Shown: piece by piece, positions 1 through 12,342 of the stretch
Layout: each line of letters starts with the position of its first letter
Numbering within the stretch: the first letter of the stretch is position 1
Assembly: GCA_000697455.1 (NCBI GenBank)
Contig: JNET01029177.1
Span: forward strand, 1 to 36,792
Origin: Basidiobolus heterosporus B8920
Lineage: Eukaryota
DNA length: 36,792 bases
Reading direction: 5' to 3'
Made by a program: the position numbers and the translations under genes
The notes under the pieces: model-generated
Told to the model about the DNA's origin: nothing
The model's database searches: none
Seen by the model: the letters and a program-made list of their open reading frames with translations, nothing else

Positions 1-255
1 GTTTGAGTATATAGTGAATGATAGAAGCAGATCAGATCGGCCATTATATAAATGATGAGCGATGATGGTGCTGGCTGATCCATGTAAATATTCCAGTAGA
101 CACTTATCTATTCCTAAATAAACTGATCTATTATTCCAGAATATCTGGCTCCTCAGTTTCCGCAAGCTCATCAGTGATTTATAGGGCTAACAATAAATAT
201 ACATGATTCTGAAGTTAGCTGCTTACAAGACCGAGAGAGTAACAATATCAGTGAG

Positions 256-1847
256 ATGGCAGATATAACGTTTTCCAAAAAGAGTACAAAGCGGCACATT
301 AGAAAGAAAATCGAAGTCGATGAGGAACCAGAGCCCGAGCCTGGTAGGTGCCGAATACGCCTCAGGTTTCCCTGTAAATTTACTTACCTTTTTCTTAGTG
401 ATCATTCAACGTTCTAAGCCAAAAGTAAACAAAGTCAAGAAAACTGCTCCAATTTTAAGTTTTGACGATGCTGTAAGTTAAACCATTCCACTTCTATATA
501 ATCCTGAAGCGGACCTCGCTTATTTCTAATTGTTTTCGTTATATTCATTTAGGAGGAGCAAGAGGAAGTCTTCAGCTTAAAAAAAAGTTCAGCTAGTACC
601 GAACTAAAGAAATCAAAAGAGAAGAAATTCAAACTGAGGTTCGTATTGAGGGAATCTTGTGTATAGGTGCACATACTGATCAATTCAACAGAGAAGACGC
701 ACTACCCGTAACACCAGAGCCTGCACCACAAGAACGCCCTAATTATTCGAAGGATCACCTTGAGGCCCTTAAAAAAGAGTCGTTTAAACGCGAAAAAACT
801 CAGGACAAATTCGAACATCCTGAGGGAATACCTGACGAGCATATGGTACTTTTAGCCAAAAAGAAACGCGAGGAGCTCCGATCCGGTAGGGTATCCGGTG
901 ACTTCATATCACTAGAGGACGAAGCGGTAAAGTCCCGAATATAATTTTCTGCCATAAATCTATTTTAATTTTCTCTGGGTTCAAGGACGCTCACGGTGAT
1001 TCCAGATTAGTGAGAGAAGAGGATGAGGTTGGGGAAGGCGAAGAAGGTCCTTTACTCTTAAGAAATAATAACATCTGATGCCTGTTTATTAAAGTAGTTG
1101 ATTACAGAGTTCGAGTCTGCCATGGGTGACAAACTAGTTCTCGGCAAAAACGCAGCTAAAAGGGCGCAGAGCCGCCACCGGCATGACCTTGAGGAAATGA
1201 TTGAAGAAGCGTAAGCAGTTTACTTCACCCGACCAGTGAGATTCAAGTACCATACACAATCAGCCGCTAACCCATCTCATCTTTTACAGCGAACTAGATG
1301 AGGATGATGAGGAATTACGGCGATGGGAAACATTGCAAATGCGTAAGGCTGCCGGACCCAAGCTTTCTGAACAGACGTGAGTAAACTTGGCATTCGCCAG
1401 CACTTTGAGATATGCTAACCTTCAACTTTCTACAGGATTAAAAATACGCGCAAGGAAACTAAGAGTAAGTCGATTTCCATGAAGAAATGCATGGCTCATC
1501 CATACTCATATCCATAGTATACTCACGTTCACATTCAATTTGTTCCAGTTCCCAATATAACGCCCATACCGACTATCGGCGAGGTACAGAAGATGTTTGA
1601 AACTAGCTTGTTGATGCTACAAGAAACTAGAGCAACACACAGCAAAGAGCTGACCCAAATCGACCACGACCTGCAGCAATCCCAGGTTAAATTAATAGAA
1701 ATAGACGAAAACACTGTGAAGATTCAAGAGCGTCTGGAGCATTATAGAGCATTAGGAACAAACGAGAATACACCAAATATCACACCTAGTCCCACCCCTA
1801 CGCCTAGCCTTACTCCAACTGCCCCGACCACTCCTATGGAGACTTGA
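256..1847 (+). CDS. NTR2: Ntr2/GCFC2/PAXBP1-like spliceosome disassembly factor (multi-exon; N-terminal Ntr2-like region only)
   Basis: ATG at 256 gives MADITFSKKSTKRHIRKK. Spliced exons then give LSFDDA-EEQEEVFSLKKSSAS, GIPDEHMVLLAKKKREELR..DFISL, SRLVREEDE and DEELRRWETLQMRKA, resembling conserved PAXBP1/GCFC2/Ntr2 motifs. The last exon (ORF 1593-1847) encodes a coiled coil and a Pro/Thr tail. Some internal boundaries are approximate. Confidence 0.72.
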
Positions 1848-1968
1848 GCGCATATTTGACATAATTCATATGAGTAAAACCTGACTGTAAATTATGTATT
1901 GCTATCACACATATAACGATGATAGATAGAATTACACGAGTTTATTGTTTTGTTCAAATGATTCATAT

Positions 1969-2858
1969 CTACATCTCGCCGCACTCAGTGATAACAACCG
2001 GAAGTTTGGGTCGGTTGTTAGGGCCGGTCATGACGTTTTCGATCTTTCTCAGTGTTAGAAGTCCATCTACTAATTTACCAAAAACTACATGCTTGCCATC
2101 TAAGAAATCACACTTGGCGCATGTGATGAAGAACTAAGAAGCAGTGGTTAATTTAGTCCAGCAAAAAGTAAACATTAGTAAGTCAGTTACCTGGCAACCA
2201 TTGGTGTTTGGTCCACTGTTAGCCTGGTATAGAAAGAAATCAGTATGGAAGCCATGGTAATATATACATGTATATCAGTACCATAGACAATAAGCCAGGT
2301 CCGCTGTGTTTTAAAGTGAAACTTTCGTCTTCAAAGTTATCCCCGTAAATGCTCATCATACCGGTTCCATCTCCCTAAACAAAGATCCGGAGGGTGAGTA
2401 TTCTGCTGAATGTACCTGTGTACCAAGTTATATATATATTACCTTGACAAAATCGCCTCCTTGTACCATGAAATCCTTGATTACTCTACAATATGTATTA
2501 GTAAAAGATCCCCTTTGTGCTGAAACCCTTATATATACCTATGGAAAGTGCAGTTTTTGTAACCTTGAGGGATTCCGTTCTTTCTAAAGATTGCAAAACA
2601 AGTGAGCAATAGATTGGATACGTATAGTCAGGATATACGCCTATTTACCTGTATTCTCCAGTACAAAGTTGTCTAAGGCATGAAAAGATAGATGTCAATA
2701 TACGCCATGTAGGTGTATTCTAATCAGTGGACATGTTACCTGAAATTTTCAGCCGTCTTGGGAACAGCATCCTTGAACAATTCCATCTTCATACGACCAG
2801 CTGGTTGACCGCCGATAGAGATGTCAAAGAATACAACAGGGTTTCTAGAATCACTCAT
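1969..2858 (-). CDS. PPIH: Cyclophilin H-type peptidyl-prolyl isomerase (U4/U6 snRNP-associated), 7 exons
   Basis: Spliced translation: [82 protein letters not shown]...[31 protein letters not shown]...[26 protein letters not shown] and the C-terminus are typical of CypH. Exons approx. 2858-2740, 2672-2649, 2583-2539, 2486-2443, 2374-2282, 2224-2192, 2133-1969. Confidence 0.93.
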
Positions 2859-3184
2859 TTTGGAAAAATATTGTTCAAAGCAGAAAGACGAGTATTAGTA
2901 GTTTACTCAAAGAAACGCGTTAATGCTAAATTCACCAACTCATTCAGTCACTAATCAAAATGGATGGTTTTTTTTTCTAGTAAAAGCTCCAAATGATTTA
3001 CATTTAAACAAGTTCGAAAATTCAAAATAAATAAACACTGGGACTTTGATCGTGAACTGCACCATTTCTTAGCTTCAATTCCCCATTATACAACGATCTT
3101 AGAAAAGTTAGACACCTACTCTTACCTTTAACTCTTCCTTCGGTCTATTCAGCAAATCACAAGAGATCTATCCGAGCTAAACTC

Positions 3185-6100
3185 ATGTCTTTTGCTCAAA
3201 CCTTTGTAAAATTAGGCTTGTCTGACCACTATACTCAATACTTCGAGGCTTTAAAGTTTCACAAGCAAACAAATGACGAAAGTATAGAGTGGGACAAGGT
3301 TTTTGACACATATGCAGGGTATGAATATTTGTTGAGAGGTCATCAATTATACGACAAAGCCGATGCACTAGAGATTATTGTTGATAGTATACAAGAGCGG
3401 ACGGAAAATGCTCAGATTCAAACATACACAGAGCTACCGCGCATCTTATATTTTTTAGCGAAACTAGCCGACCCGAATCCAGTTGATACCAAACTACCAA
3501 AACTCTCAAGGTTCGTGGCGAAGAAACCCGTTTATTTTATCAAGTCAGCAATGGTTTCAACAATCCATATAACAATAAACATATCTATCCTTGGTTTATT
3601 TGTCGAACAGCGAAGGGGAAAAATGTCTAGCGAAGAAGAAATTTCATCAACGGCCGCAACCTAGTACTGAAGAATTCTTTGGGACTAGAATTTCGAATTA
3701 TGAAAATGCGCAGAGAATAAACATGAGTAGTGCCAATGAATATTTCCAATACCCTGCTGAGCTATTTCAAGAAGAGCCAAAACAAATTCTTGAAGAAGAC
3801 TTTGTTCCTGCGGATATCGGCCGTTCTGAGCTTAACGGTACAGAGTTAGCTTCAGTTCACGCTATTTACAAAGAAAATCTCGAGTTCTAACATGCATCGT
3901 ATACAGAATTCTTCAAGTACGGAAAATTGGTTGAGCCTGCTGCTCCAAGACCCACGTTCTTTGGAGGCTTGAAGCCGCTATCTGGTAGATTCACCTAAAG
4001 TATCTTCACGTCTTACCGAGCTAATCCGTACGATATTTCAAAAACCCCAGACAAACAAATGGAGGATTGTGGCGGATTTAGTATGAATTTTGAGATTCCA
4101 GAACTACCAGAGATGCCTCACAACCAACTCAACTTGGCACTCGATGAGGTCACTGAATCAACCGACCATTCCAACAATTCTTCAATACTCCCATCTATAC
4201 GCAACCAGTCTCGTGAGCAGAGCCCACCACCGTTGTGCGTATTCCCACGAAATTCAAACGAGACTGATATGAAGGTAGAACAACCTCTTTAAGATGTTTT
4301 CGTTGTTTACTTACCATCCTGTATCGTCTATGCACTTAACTAACCCTGTGCGCTAGGCATCAAACTCATGGGACTTGCCGACGCCAAAGCTGAGTGATAC
4401 CAACAGCCCGCCTTATATCTCCGAGTCAGACACTCGAACCTTTGAGCTGGTCTACCAAAAGTAAATATGAGTCAATGCGCATTTCTGCTGCGCGATTTTA
4501 AAATGTGGTTTCGGTTTTCAGGTACTTTAGAGGTGGTAATTGGGAAAAAACCCAATGTGTCGTAATCAAGACCTCGACCTTTATGGAGGTAGTTCCCAGT
4601 TGGTTGTTCTTTGTCGACATAATCACATATATAATCTGGTTTATGATAGGCCCTTTTGAACCTGGTCAATGGCATCGTGTCCAGGCTGTTTATTTACGAT
4701 CAAGAATGCAGAGCCTTCGCATTTCGAATTCCTCATTTCAGAATACAAGGACTTAGCGCCACTAGCTTGCAGCGGTAACGATTTCTTGTCTTTCTGTTGT
4801 CCCACAAAAAGGATTAATCAAGTGGTTTATATTACACAGTATACTAAGGCATTTCATGGACTTTGGAAGTCGACTTCGAAGATTGGAGCATGTTGTCAAT
4901 GTGTGTTTAAATTCTCCTAGGTTAGTCCAGGCCCTCTTACTTCTATTGTGCTTCTATACTCACTGTACCATACATAGTACCTTTGGTCTCACAGGAGTGG
5001 CATTTGCACATTCGTTATCTTCATTCTTGCTGTCTGTCCGTGAAGTCTTGAGCACATTCGAGAGTGAGGAGAAGATTTCCAACGAGCAATCCATATTGAA
5101 GCTTTATTACCTTACTCAGGACTTAGCAGTGATTCTTCAGTGGCTAGCCAATATCTGTTATTGCGTGAGTACTTTTTATTGATTTGACGTGGAGTTGTCC
5201 GAGTTAATTCACAAATTAATTACTGCTCTCAGGACTTGCGAGATGATCTCATGTTAGACTCTCTTAGTGAAAGACAGTACGAGGACTGGGTGGTGAACGG
5301 GTTCTACATCCCCCATGGCAGTCATCTTCTCTCCCACATATACGAGAAGGCTTATGAGCTGGATTCCTCCACATTCGCATTATTAAGACCTTTAGCTTTA
5401 GCGATTCTGTCGGAAACCTCAGTACCTTACTTCCAATTCATCGACAAGTGGCTACGAGTAGACGTATTTAAGAACACACAAGAAAACCCCAGAACCAGCT
5501 GGGACAATTTGCTATCGCAAACCAACTGGGACGTGGTAGATCCGTATCTCGAATTCTTTATCATCAACACTGATTTAAAGCAAAGCTTTCTGGAAAGGAA
5601 TGGTGATGGTTATTGGGAGGATGGGTATCAGGTGAAGTGATTTTTTGTTTATTCAAATGTACAATGGACGTCCTATTTACGATGGAGTTTTTGCTTGCTT
5701 AGATCAGTGACGTAAATCCTCCTCCCTCGTTTATCTCGAAGAATCTGGCTAGAGAGGTCTTGGAGGCTGGCAAGTCATTGCGATTGTTAAATGAATGTCG
5801 GAAAAAACATCCACTTTATACAGACTGTGGAGAGTATCACGAGGAGGAGCTCGACGAATTTAGTCATTGCAGTATTTCGCTACGCTGGCTTTTCAAGATC
5901 AATGAAATCGAAGAGTAAGCAATGAGCTCCATACTTTTTTTATCGTCTTTAGGAAACCTCTAATATAGACCACTAGGCACCAGAAGCTATTAATGGAGCA
6001 CAAACGCATCATGGTATCTTTAATTGCTCAAAGAGAAATCGAAAGGAAGCTTTTACTGCAAAAAGAAATTGATCAATCACGAGAAATACGTATTCAGAAG

Positions 6101-8230
6101 AAGCAGAAGGTAGCATCATCCTTGTAGGCTCTCAGTGGCTCTGTGTATATCGAAGCTGATTGTTCACAATTATATCTTCATGTATAATTAGGCTGAGGCG
6201 GCAATGAAGGCTATGCGGGAGGAGCGAGCTCGTCGACTGAAAATAATCGCTGATAAAAAAGAAGCCTACCGCAAGAGCATTATGGTAATGCATTACCGAT
6301 ACAACTCCCTTGAAACTCATTTCACTCAACAATTTTTCAGGAATTCCTGGCGGAACAACAATTATACGCTGAAAACCAACACCAGCATGAGGTTCAGAGC
6401 CATGGCCGTAAACGAAGAACTGTATCTAATGAAGCATCACAGAGTTCGTCCCACGCCCTGCCCTCCAAAGAAGCGTCAGAACCAGATGTGAGGCAACCTA
6501 GAGAAGCCATCGATCCATCAGAATACACCTCTAACCAGGAGCAGAATCCCTTGGTGGAGGACACAATTGCTGATGTCGCAGATCACATTTCGGCATTGCT
6601 GGTACAGGATCAATATGAGCAACCCCAGGAACAGCCCGAGTTTAGTGCTTCTGAGGCCGAGAGTAGTGACGTGGCACATGATGAACTACTTTCTGTGAAG
6701 AAGGACCAAGGTGCTTCCATAGTCCCTCATGAATCCAAGCCTTCAAGTCCAGAAATGACCCAACATGAGTCCGATAGCACTTTACTTGAAGAAGAATTTA
6801 GTGCTTTCAATAAGCCTCCTTCGGGTTTGCTAACCCAGAAGGATGGGACTTTTGTGGAATTGCTTAAGAGTCTCGCTGAACACGATGATGAGAATCCAAC
6901 GGAAGACTACATTCCACCCTTAAGTATCATCAACCAGCTCACGGTTGTTCACACGCTGAAACGACACTGTAGACTGATCAATTCATCAGTGCTATCGTTC
7001 TTCTTCCACGAAATGAACCTAACTGGGCATCTGAATGTACTAAGGCAATATTTACTACTTGGCAATGGATTTTACGTGAATGGCATAGTGCAAGCATTGT
7101 TTGATGACGATGCCAACTTGGACGAGTTCACCGGTTCAGATCAGCTAGATGAAAGAGCCAAAATTTCCGCCATTGGCTTTAACCAACATTTTGGCTGGCC
7201 CCTGAGTGGACGTAAATTAAACTCTGCGCTGAAAGCAGCACTTCTGGAAACCATCCCCGATGAATTGCCGCTAGAGTTCATGGATAGTACACGGGTCAAT
7301 GAAATCAAGGACTTGGACGAGCGACTCGAGTTTCTTACCAACTTCACAGGATTCGACACCTCGCAGATCGAGGCTGAAGGTAATTCACAAATCTATTTAA
7401 ACCCTCTTTCTCTTTAATACTTAAAGTCGCCTCTCTCTATCCTAGGCATCGAGGCATTGGATTTCATTAGAGTCAAATACCACGCGCCCCATCCTTTAGA
7501 TGTGATTATCACCCCGACGTCCATTTCCAAATACAATCAAGTGTTTAACTTCCTGCTGCGTGTATTACGTGTAGATGCGGTGTCCAGACATATTTTCCGA
7601 CAAACCCGTTTGCAACATAGACAGACCTTAGGGTATACACAAATGCTATGGAAGTTCCGATTTGAGATCCACCAGTTTATCAACGCGATCCGTGGTTATG
7701 TATTTGACTACGCTGTTGGAGTTACGTGGAAATCCTTCTTCGATGTCATCAACAAAATCGTTGAAGAGAACGACTTCCAGAGACAGTACGAGCGCTACAT
7801 CAACGACAACGAAGAAGATACAGAGACGCTTCATATCATGGATCTACGCTCGCTTATGGAGTACCACGACATGATTCTTGATCGGATCTTGCATAGGTGC
7901 TTCTTACTGCCCAATCAAAGCTTCATTATGAACGTGATCACCGAGATGTTTGAGCTGATCCTGGAACTGGCCCAGTTCTTGGAGCAACTACAAGACCCAG
8001 ACTTTTCAGGGATTTCCACACTATACGAGGAGTTCAAGATTTCTCGAGAGAAACTGGTTGCTGGGCTACTCCGTCTTGAATACGCCCACCCAAACAACAA
8101 TCGATCAAGTAACCAAACAACCTCTGCGGCAATCTCATCTCATGAATACGTAGATAGGAAAGATGGTGTTACCTACATCCAGGAATTTCTCCTAAGATTT
8201 GACTTCAGTAGACGCTTTATGAAAGAGTGA
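3185..8230 (+). CDS. TUBGCP6: Gamma-tubulin complex component 6 (Spc97/Spc98 family, GCP6/Alp16-like), about 14-15 exons
   Basis: GRIP1-like start ALLNLVNGIVSRLF..IQGLSATSL (4650-4774) and a charged coiled-coil/acidic insertion (~5980-6900). GRIP2 motifs HLNVLRQYLLLGNG, KYHAPHPLDVIITPTSISKYNQVFNFLLRV and FRFEIHQFINAIRGYVFDYAVGVTW follow. The long N-terminus and central insertion favour GCP6 over other GCPs. Confidence 0.85.
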
Positions 8231-8720
8231 GCTCCATGTTTCTTGACACTACACCCTTGAATTCATTGACCAGCTATCCTGTTAATAAACCATCTGTTTT
8301 GTATTAGCTTTCTAGTTGGTTTGTATTACAACAATAGATTCAACATGAATGGCTTATAATTATATATATCACCCCACTGTTCCAAGATGCTTACATTGAA
8401 CGTTGGTTGGTCATTGAATGGCCATATTCCTCTGATTTCTCTGATTTCCCTATGTACTATTGACTTTTCTCGATTTCATTTACCCAGAAATTTAGTTTAA
8501 ACCATCAAGCTTACATTATCCTTATTTGAGGATCTTTTTCCTTGCCATTTATTTAAACCTAATCAATATTTTCTTTTTGACGAGTTTAACTTATTACATC
8601 ATGTTATCCAGTTTGTATTCTAAACCATCGACCATAGTTAGCTTCGTAAGCATCTTTTAGTTTGAGGTTTACTCAAAATTCTCTCAGTTGCTCTGTCTTA
8701 AACACCACCCAGTCCACAAC

Positions 8721-9787
8721 ATGGCCACCCAAAAAAGCCCTACTTATGACCATCTGATCAAACTTCTCTTGATCGGAGACTCTGGTTAGTAGTTTAGTAA
8801 TGTTATTCGAGTAGGTGCTTTCGTGAAGGCTCTCTTCTAGATGAAGTTAATTCACATGCCAGGCCAAACGTGTGCCCCACTCATTTTAAGGGAAGATGAC
8901 CAACAGTAAACTTATTTTCTTCTTGGTTTAGGCGTCGGAAAGAGTTGCTTATTATTACGTTTCTGTGATGATTCCTTCACTCCCTCATTTATTACCACCA
9001 TTGGGATTGACTTTAAAATCCGTACTATTGATCTTGATGGAAAGCGAATTAAATTGCAAATCTGGGATACAGCTGGACAGGAAAGGTTCCGCACCATCAC
9101 TACCGGTAGGTTCCTTTGGTATATCTCCTTCTTGTTGTGAGAGCTCACTCAAACCATCTCTTTTTAAGCTTATTATCGAGGTGCCATGGGGATTATTGTA
9201 GTGTTTGATGTCACTGATGAACGCTCTTTTAATAGTATCCTTTTAAACGATATTTTATTTCTTGGCTTAGAGGTGTTTTGTTTTCGACCTTTCCCTTAAC
9301 TCTTCTTTACAGACGTACGTAACTGGATCAAGAATGTTGAGCAGCATGCTAACGAAGGTGTCTCGAAAATTTTGATTGGAAACAAATGTGATATCGAGGA
9401 TAAGAAGGTGAAGTATACCATAGATTATATATAGAATACCATTCATTACACTCATTCCTTTTGAATTCATCTAGGCCGTTTCACATGAGCAAGGTGAGGC
9501 ATTAGCTGAAGAGTATGGAATTCAGTATGTCGAAACCAGCGCCAAATCCAAGATCGGTGTTGAAGAAGCATTCTATAGTTTGGCTAGGTAAATTTAGCTC
9601 AGCTCCACACAGACATTGCCTTCATGTGAGTTAATCAATTCACTTATTTAACAGAGAGATCAAGAAGAAGATGATCGATACCGCCCCAGAACAAAACATT
9701 AGTTCAAACCAAACAAACCACGTCCAACTAGATGCTAATAGTAACTCAGGTGGAATGAAGTCTAGCTGCGCCGGGTGCATGAATTAG
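8721..9787 (+). CDS. SEC4: Rab GTPase of the Sec4/Ypt2/Rab8 subfamily, 6 exons
   Basis: [87 protein letters not shown], then NKCD and ETSAK G-motifs; ends ...[12 protein letters not shown] (TAG 9785-9787). Confidence 0.93.
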
Positions 9788-10179
9788 ATCCCCTCCAAAA
9801 CTTAATTTAGTTGACCTACCATCCAGTTCACATATACTTTCTTTCCTCTTACTTCCGAAAGAACGGCTTGTTTTCTCTCTTCCAATAATCGTTTAGCCTC
9901 GTTGGAAATGTACTCAGTGATGTGTTTCTTTTGCCAAATATACTTATTTGATTGTGTTACTTTGTCTGCTTTCGTTTCTATTGAGCATCAGCTGAATTAT
10001 GAATGCTCAATTCTCTTTATTTGACAATAGGAAGGATTTCCATTTTATTCCCTTTTGTTCCCTTTTATTCCATAAATATGAGCATTAATAGGCAGAAGTA
10101 ACTAAGATCAGATACACCCATAAGTGCATGTCAACAATGGCGGAGTTTTATTGAAGAAACTCTGTCGGGTAGAGAAGGG

Positions 10180-10185
10180 TATAAA
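10180..10185 (+). promoter_or_regulatory. Candidate TATA box of the secreted-protein gene
   Basis: TATAAA about 55 bp upstream of ATG 10241. Confidence 0.4.
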
Positions 10186-10240
10186 TCAGTTGGATCTACT
10201 GTGAATCGTAAGGAAATCCAATCATTTCATTACGTTCAAG

Positions 10241-10588
10241 ATGAGACTTTTGCTACTTGCATCACTGTCCCTACTTATCTTCTTGAACACTGCCCACCCC
10301 CTCCCAGTGGATGATTCCTTGGATTCCCAAACGCTGGAGGATGAGGCTCGCTACTGGGATGAAGAAGTGTTAGAGAAAAGAGAGTTGTACGACTACTCTG
10401 AATCTGTCACCAGTGAAGATAAACCAAAGTCCCCAACCAGCTCTGTAAAGCCTTCATCTGATTCACAATCAGACAGATCGGCACCGAATATCCCATGTAC
10501 CGGTATCTCTAATGGCTTTGGTAATGGTATCGCAGCTGCGGTATGCACTGAGCAACTCAGTCAAGAGATTCAGGACGAGTTTTCATAG
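10241..10588 (+). CDS. Small secreted protein / peptide precursor of unknown family (115 aa, intronless)
   Basis: Signal peptide MRLLLLASLSLLIFLNTA-HPLP, acidic pro-region ending LEKR (Kex2-type site, aa 46-47), Ser-rich spacer, Cys86-Cys102 pair; upstream TATAAA and AT-rich 3' flank. Confidence 0.75.
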   Translation: MRLLLLASLSLLIFLNTAHPLPVDDSLDSQTLEDEARYWDEEVLEKRELYDYSESVTSEDKPKSPTSSVKPSSDSQSDRSAPNIPCTGISNGFGNGIAAAVCTEQLSQEIQDEFS

Positions 10589-11108
10589 ACAATGATTCAT
10601 ACATTTCTATCATAATACCTTAATATTAAATCCTATTTTGAATGCTGACCATCGAGCTTTCACATATTAATTTTGAAGACTTCATTAGTATGTTTAAGGT
10701 TCAACAAGCCAGCATTATCGTTGCCCAAATCTAAAAATCCCCGATTTCCCCCTGAATCCATTGTATTAAGATTTGATCGATCAAGTCAAACAAGATTTAG
10801 ACTGGGATTAGATAAGCAGTCATTTAAGGCAATTGAGTTGCACCAGGTCATCGATGTTCAACATAATTCTCAGCCTAATGGATAGATGATTGAAAATCTA
10901 ATTTGGAATCTGCAGGTTTGCTACATTTATTGGTCATGGTCGAAGTCATAGAATAAGAGATATATCAGAATACATCCAGTCAAAAGAGTAACAATAACTG
11001 AAGAATGTACAACAGGAAAAGGACGGTGGAAAGGGTTAAATACTTCCGGAAATAGTGGTGGCAGGGAATATGATGAATCAAAAAATGTCACTACTAAAGA
11101 CGAGATGG

Positions 11109-11792
11109 TTAATGATTCAGAATTGACTGAATGCTCATCAGAGACCTGCTCTTTTGACGTGGGAATGAAGTAGTTTTGAATGGTGGGTTTAGTATGTTGC
11201 CAAATTGGGATGGAAAAGAGATGGGCGGTAAGAGAACGGGATCATACCCTCGAAGCTCAGGCGTGGCCGGGGTGGAGGACTCACTATCCGTGGTAGTGCT
11301 TCCATTGCAGTTCATCCAGCTAGGTTCCTCGACGCTGAAGAAGTCCCTAGGGTATACCATGGATGAGGTGCGTTGACTGGTGAGCAATTCGGACATTCTA
11401 CGGGATGGAGCAGTCGTGGTATCTGATGTAAGCACAGAAGAGTTGCGGAGTGGGTAAGGATCCTGAAATTTTACACGTTGAGTCCTCATGGTCGACAGAA
11501 CCTTACAACGGGTATGATTCTTATCATGGACTTTGGTATGACGTGTGAGCTCATCCGACCGAGAGAAGCTACGCGAGCAATCAGAAAAAGTACACTGATA
11601 TGGCTTTTCCCCAGTGTGAGTGCGAATATGTCGTTTAAGATGCTCTGACCTATTGAAGCGTTTGCTACATAAGGGACAGATATGCTTGCGAACTGAAGGG
11701 CCAGAGATCTTAGACTTGTCAACCACCTGGGTTGGCATAATTTGAGGAAACACCCGAAAAGTGAATTGTTGATCTTTACAAAATTTTTGCAT
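11109..11792 (-). CDS. creA: C2H2 zinc-finger transcription factor, CreA/Mig1-like (two fingers, intronless)
   Basis: [53 protein letters not shown]; finger 2 has the CreA/Mig1 RSDELTRH helix, and there is a C-terminal LLPPI motif. First ATG is 11792 (alternative 11738). It may be a paralog rather than the true creA ortholog. Confidence 0.8.
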   Translation of the reverse strand: MQKFCKDQQFTFRVFPQIMPTQVVDKSKISGPSVRKHICPLCSKRFNRSEHLKRHIRTHTGEKPYQCTFSDCSRSFSRSDELTRHTKVHDKNHTRCKVLSTMRTQRVKFQDPYPLRNSSVLTSDTTTAPSRRMSELLTSQRTSSMVYPRDFFSVEEPSWMNCNGSTTTDSESSTPATPELRGYDPVLLPPISFPSQFGNILNPPFKTTSFPRQKSRSLMSIQSILNH

Positions 11793-12342
11793 TGTAAGAT
11801 TGCTGAGAGGACGCTTTGTCAGCAAAGAGAGTTCCTAGAGGTTCTTTAAAAGAGTTTGGTGAATGATTTCCATCTAAACTCCTGACTTTTATAGATTTGA
11901 GATGAACGCGTGCACTCCCAACCTGGTATAATCCTTGCCCAATCTCCTTGATCAACCACTTTTTAAGTAATAAAATTAATGAATTCTCCACCGGAATCTA
12001 ATCAAGGAGGAATCTTAGAGGGCCAAGAAATGAAGTCCAGAATGAATCACCGGAAACGATGAGATTATTCCGTGATTCTAAGCGTATTTTTGGGACACTT
12101 TCCAACCACCTTCAGTTAATTTACCTACTGGTATCTAATAGGTGAATTGACATGAATTTGAAACCACCTCAAAAAATACTTCCAGTTGATTATTACCGAT
12201 TGTGATCAGTACACACAGGTATGTTTCCTGGTAGCGTTGATTGTACCTTGAGTGTTGGTGTGAGCATTGATTTACATCAATTGGCAATCACAAATGTCGA
12301 TTAATGAAACAATGAGGGGGTTAACATCCAATTGTCAAGCTA

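Noticed and set aside
2915..2920. MCB element ACGCGT in the CypH/GCP6 divergent promoter
   Set aside because: A single hexamer is expected by chance, with no clustering.
3185..8230. Apparent frameshifts or pseudogene in GCP6
   Set aside because: The breaks I checked are bridged by GT-AG introns in consistent phase (e.g. 3511-3610).
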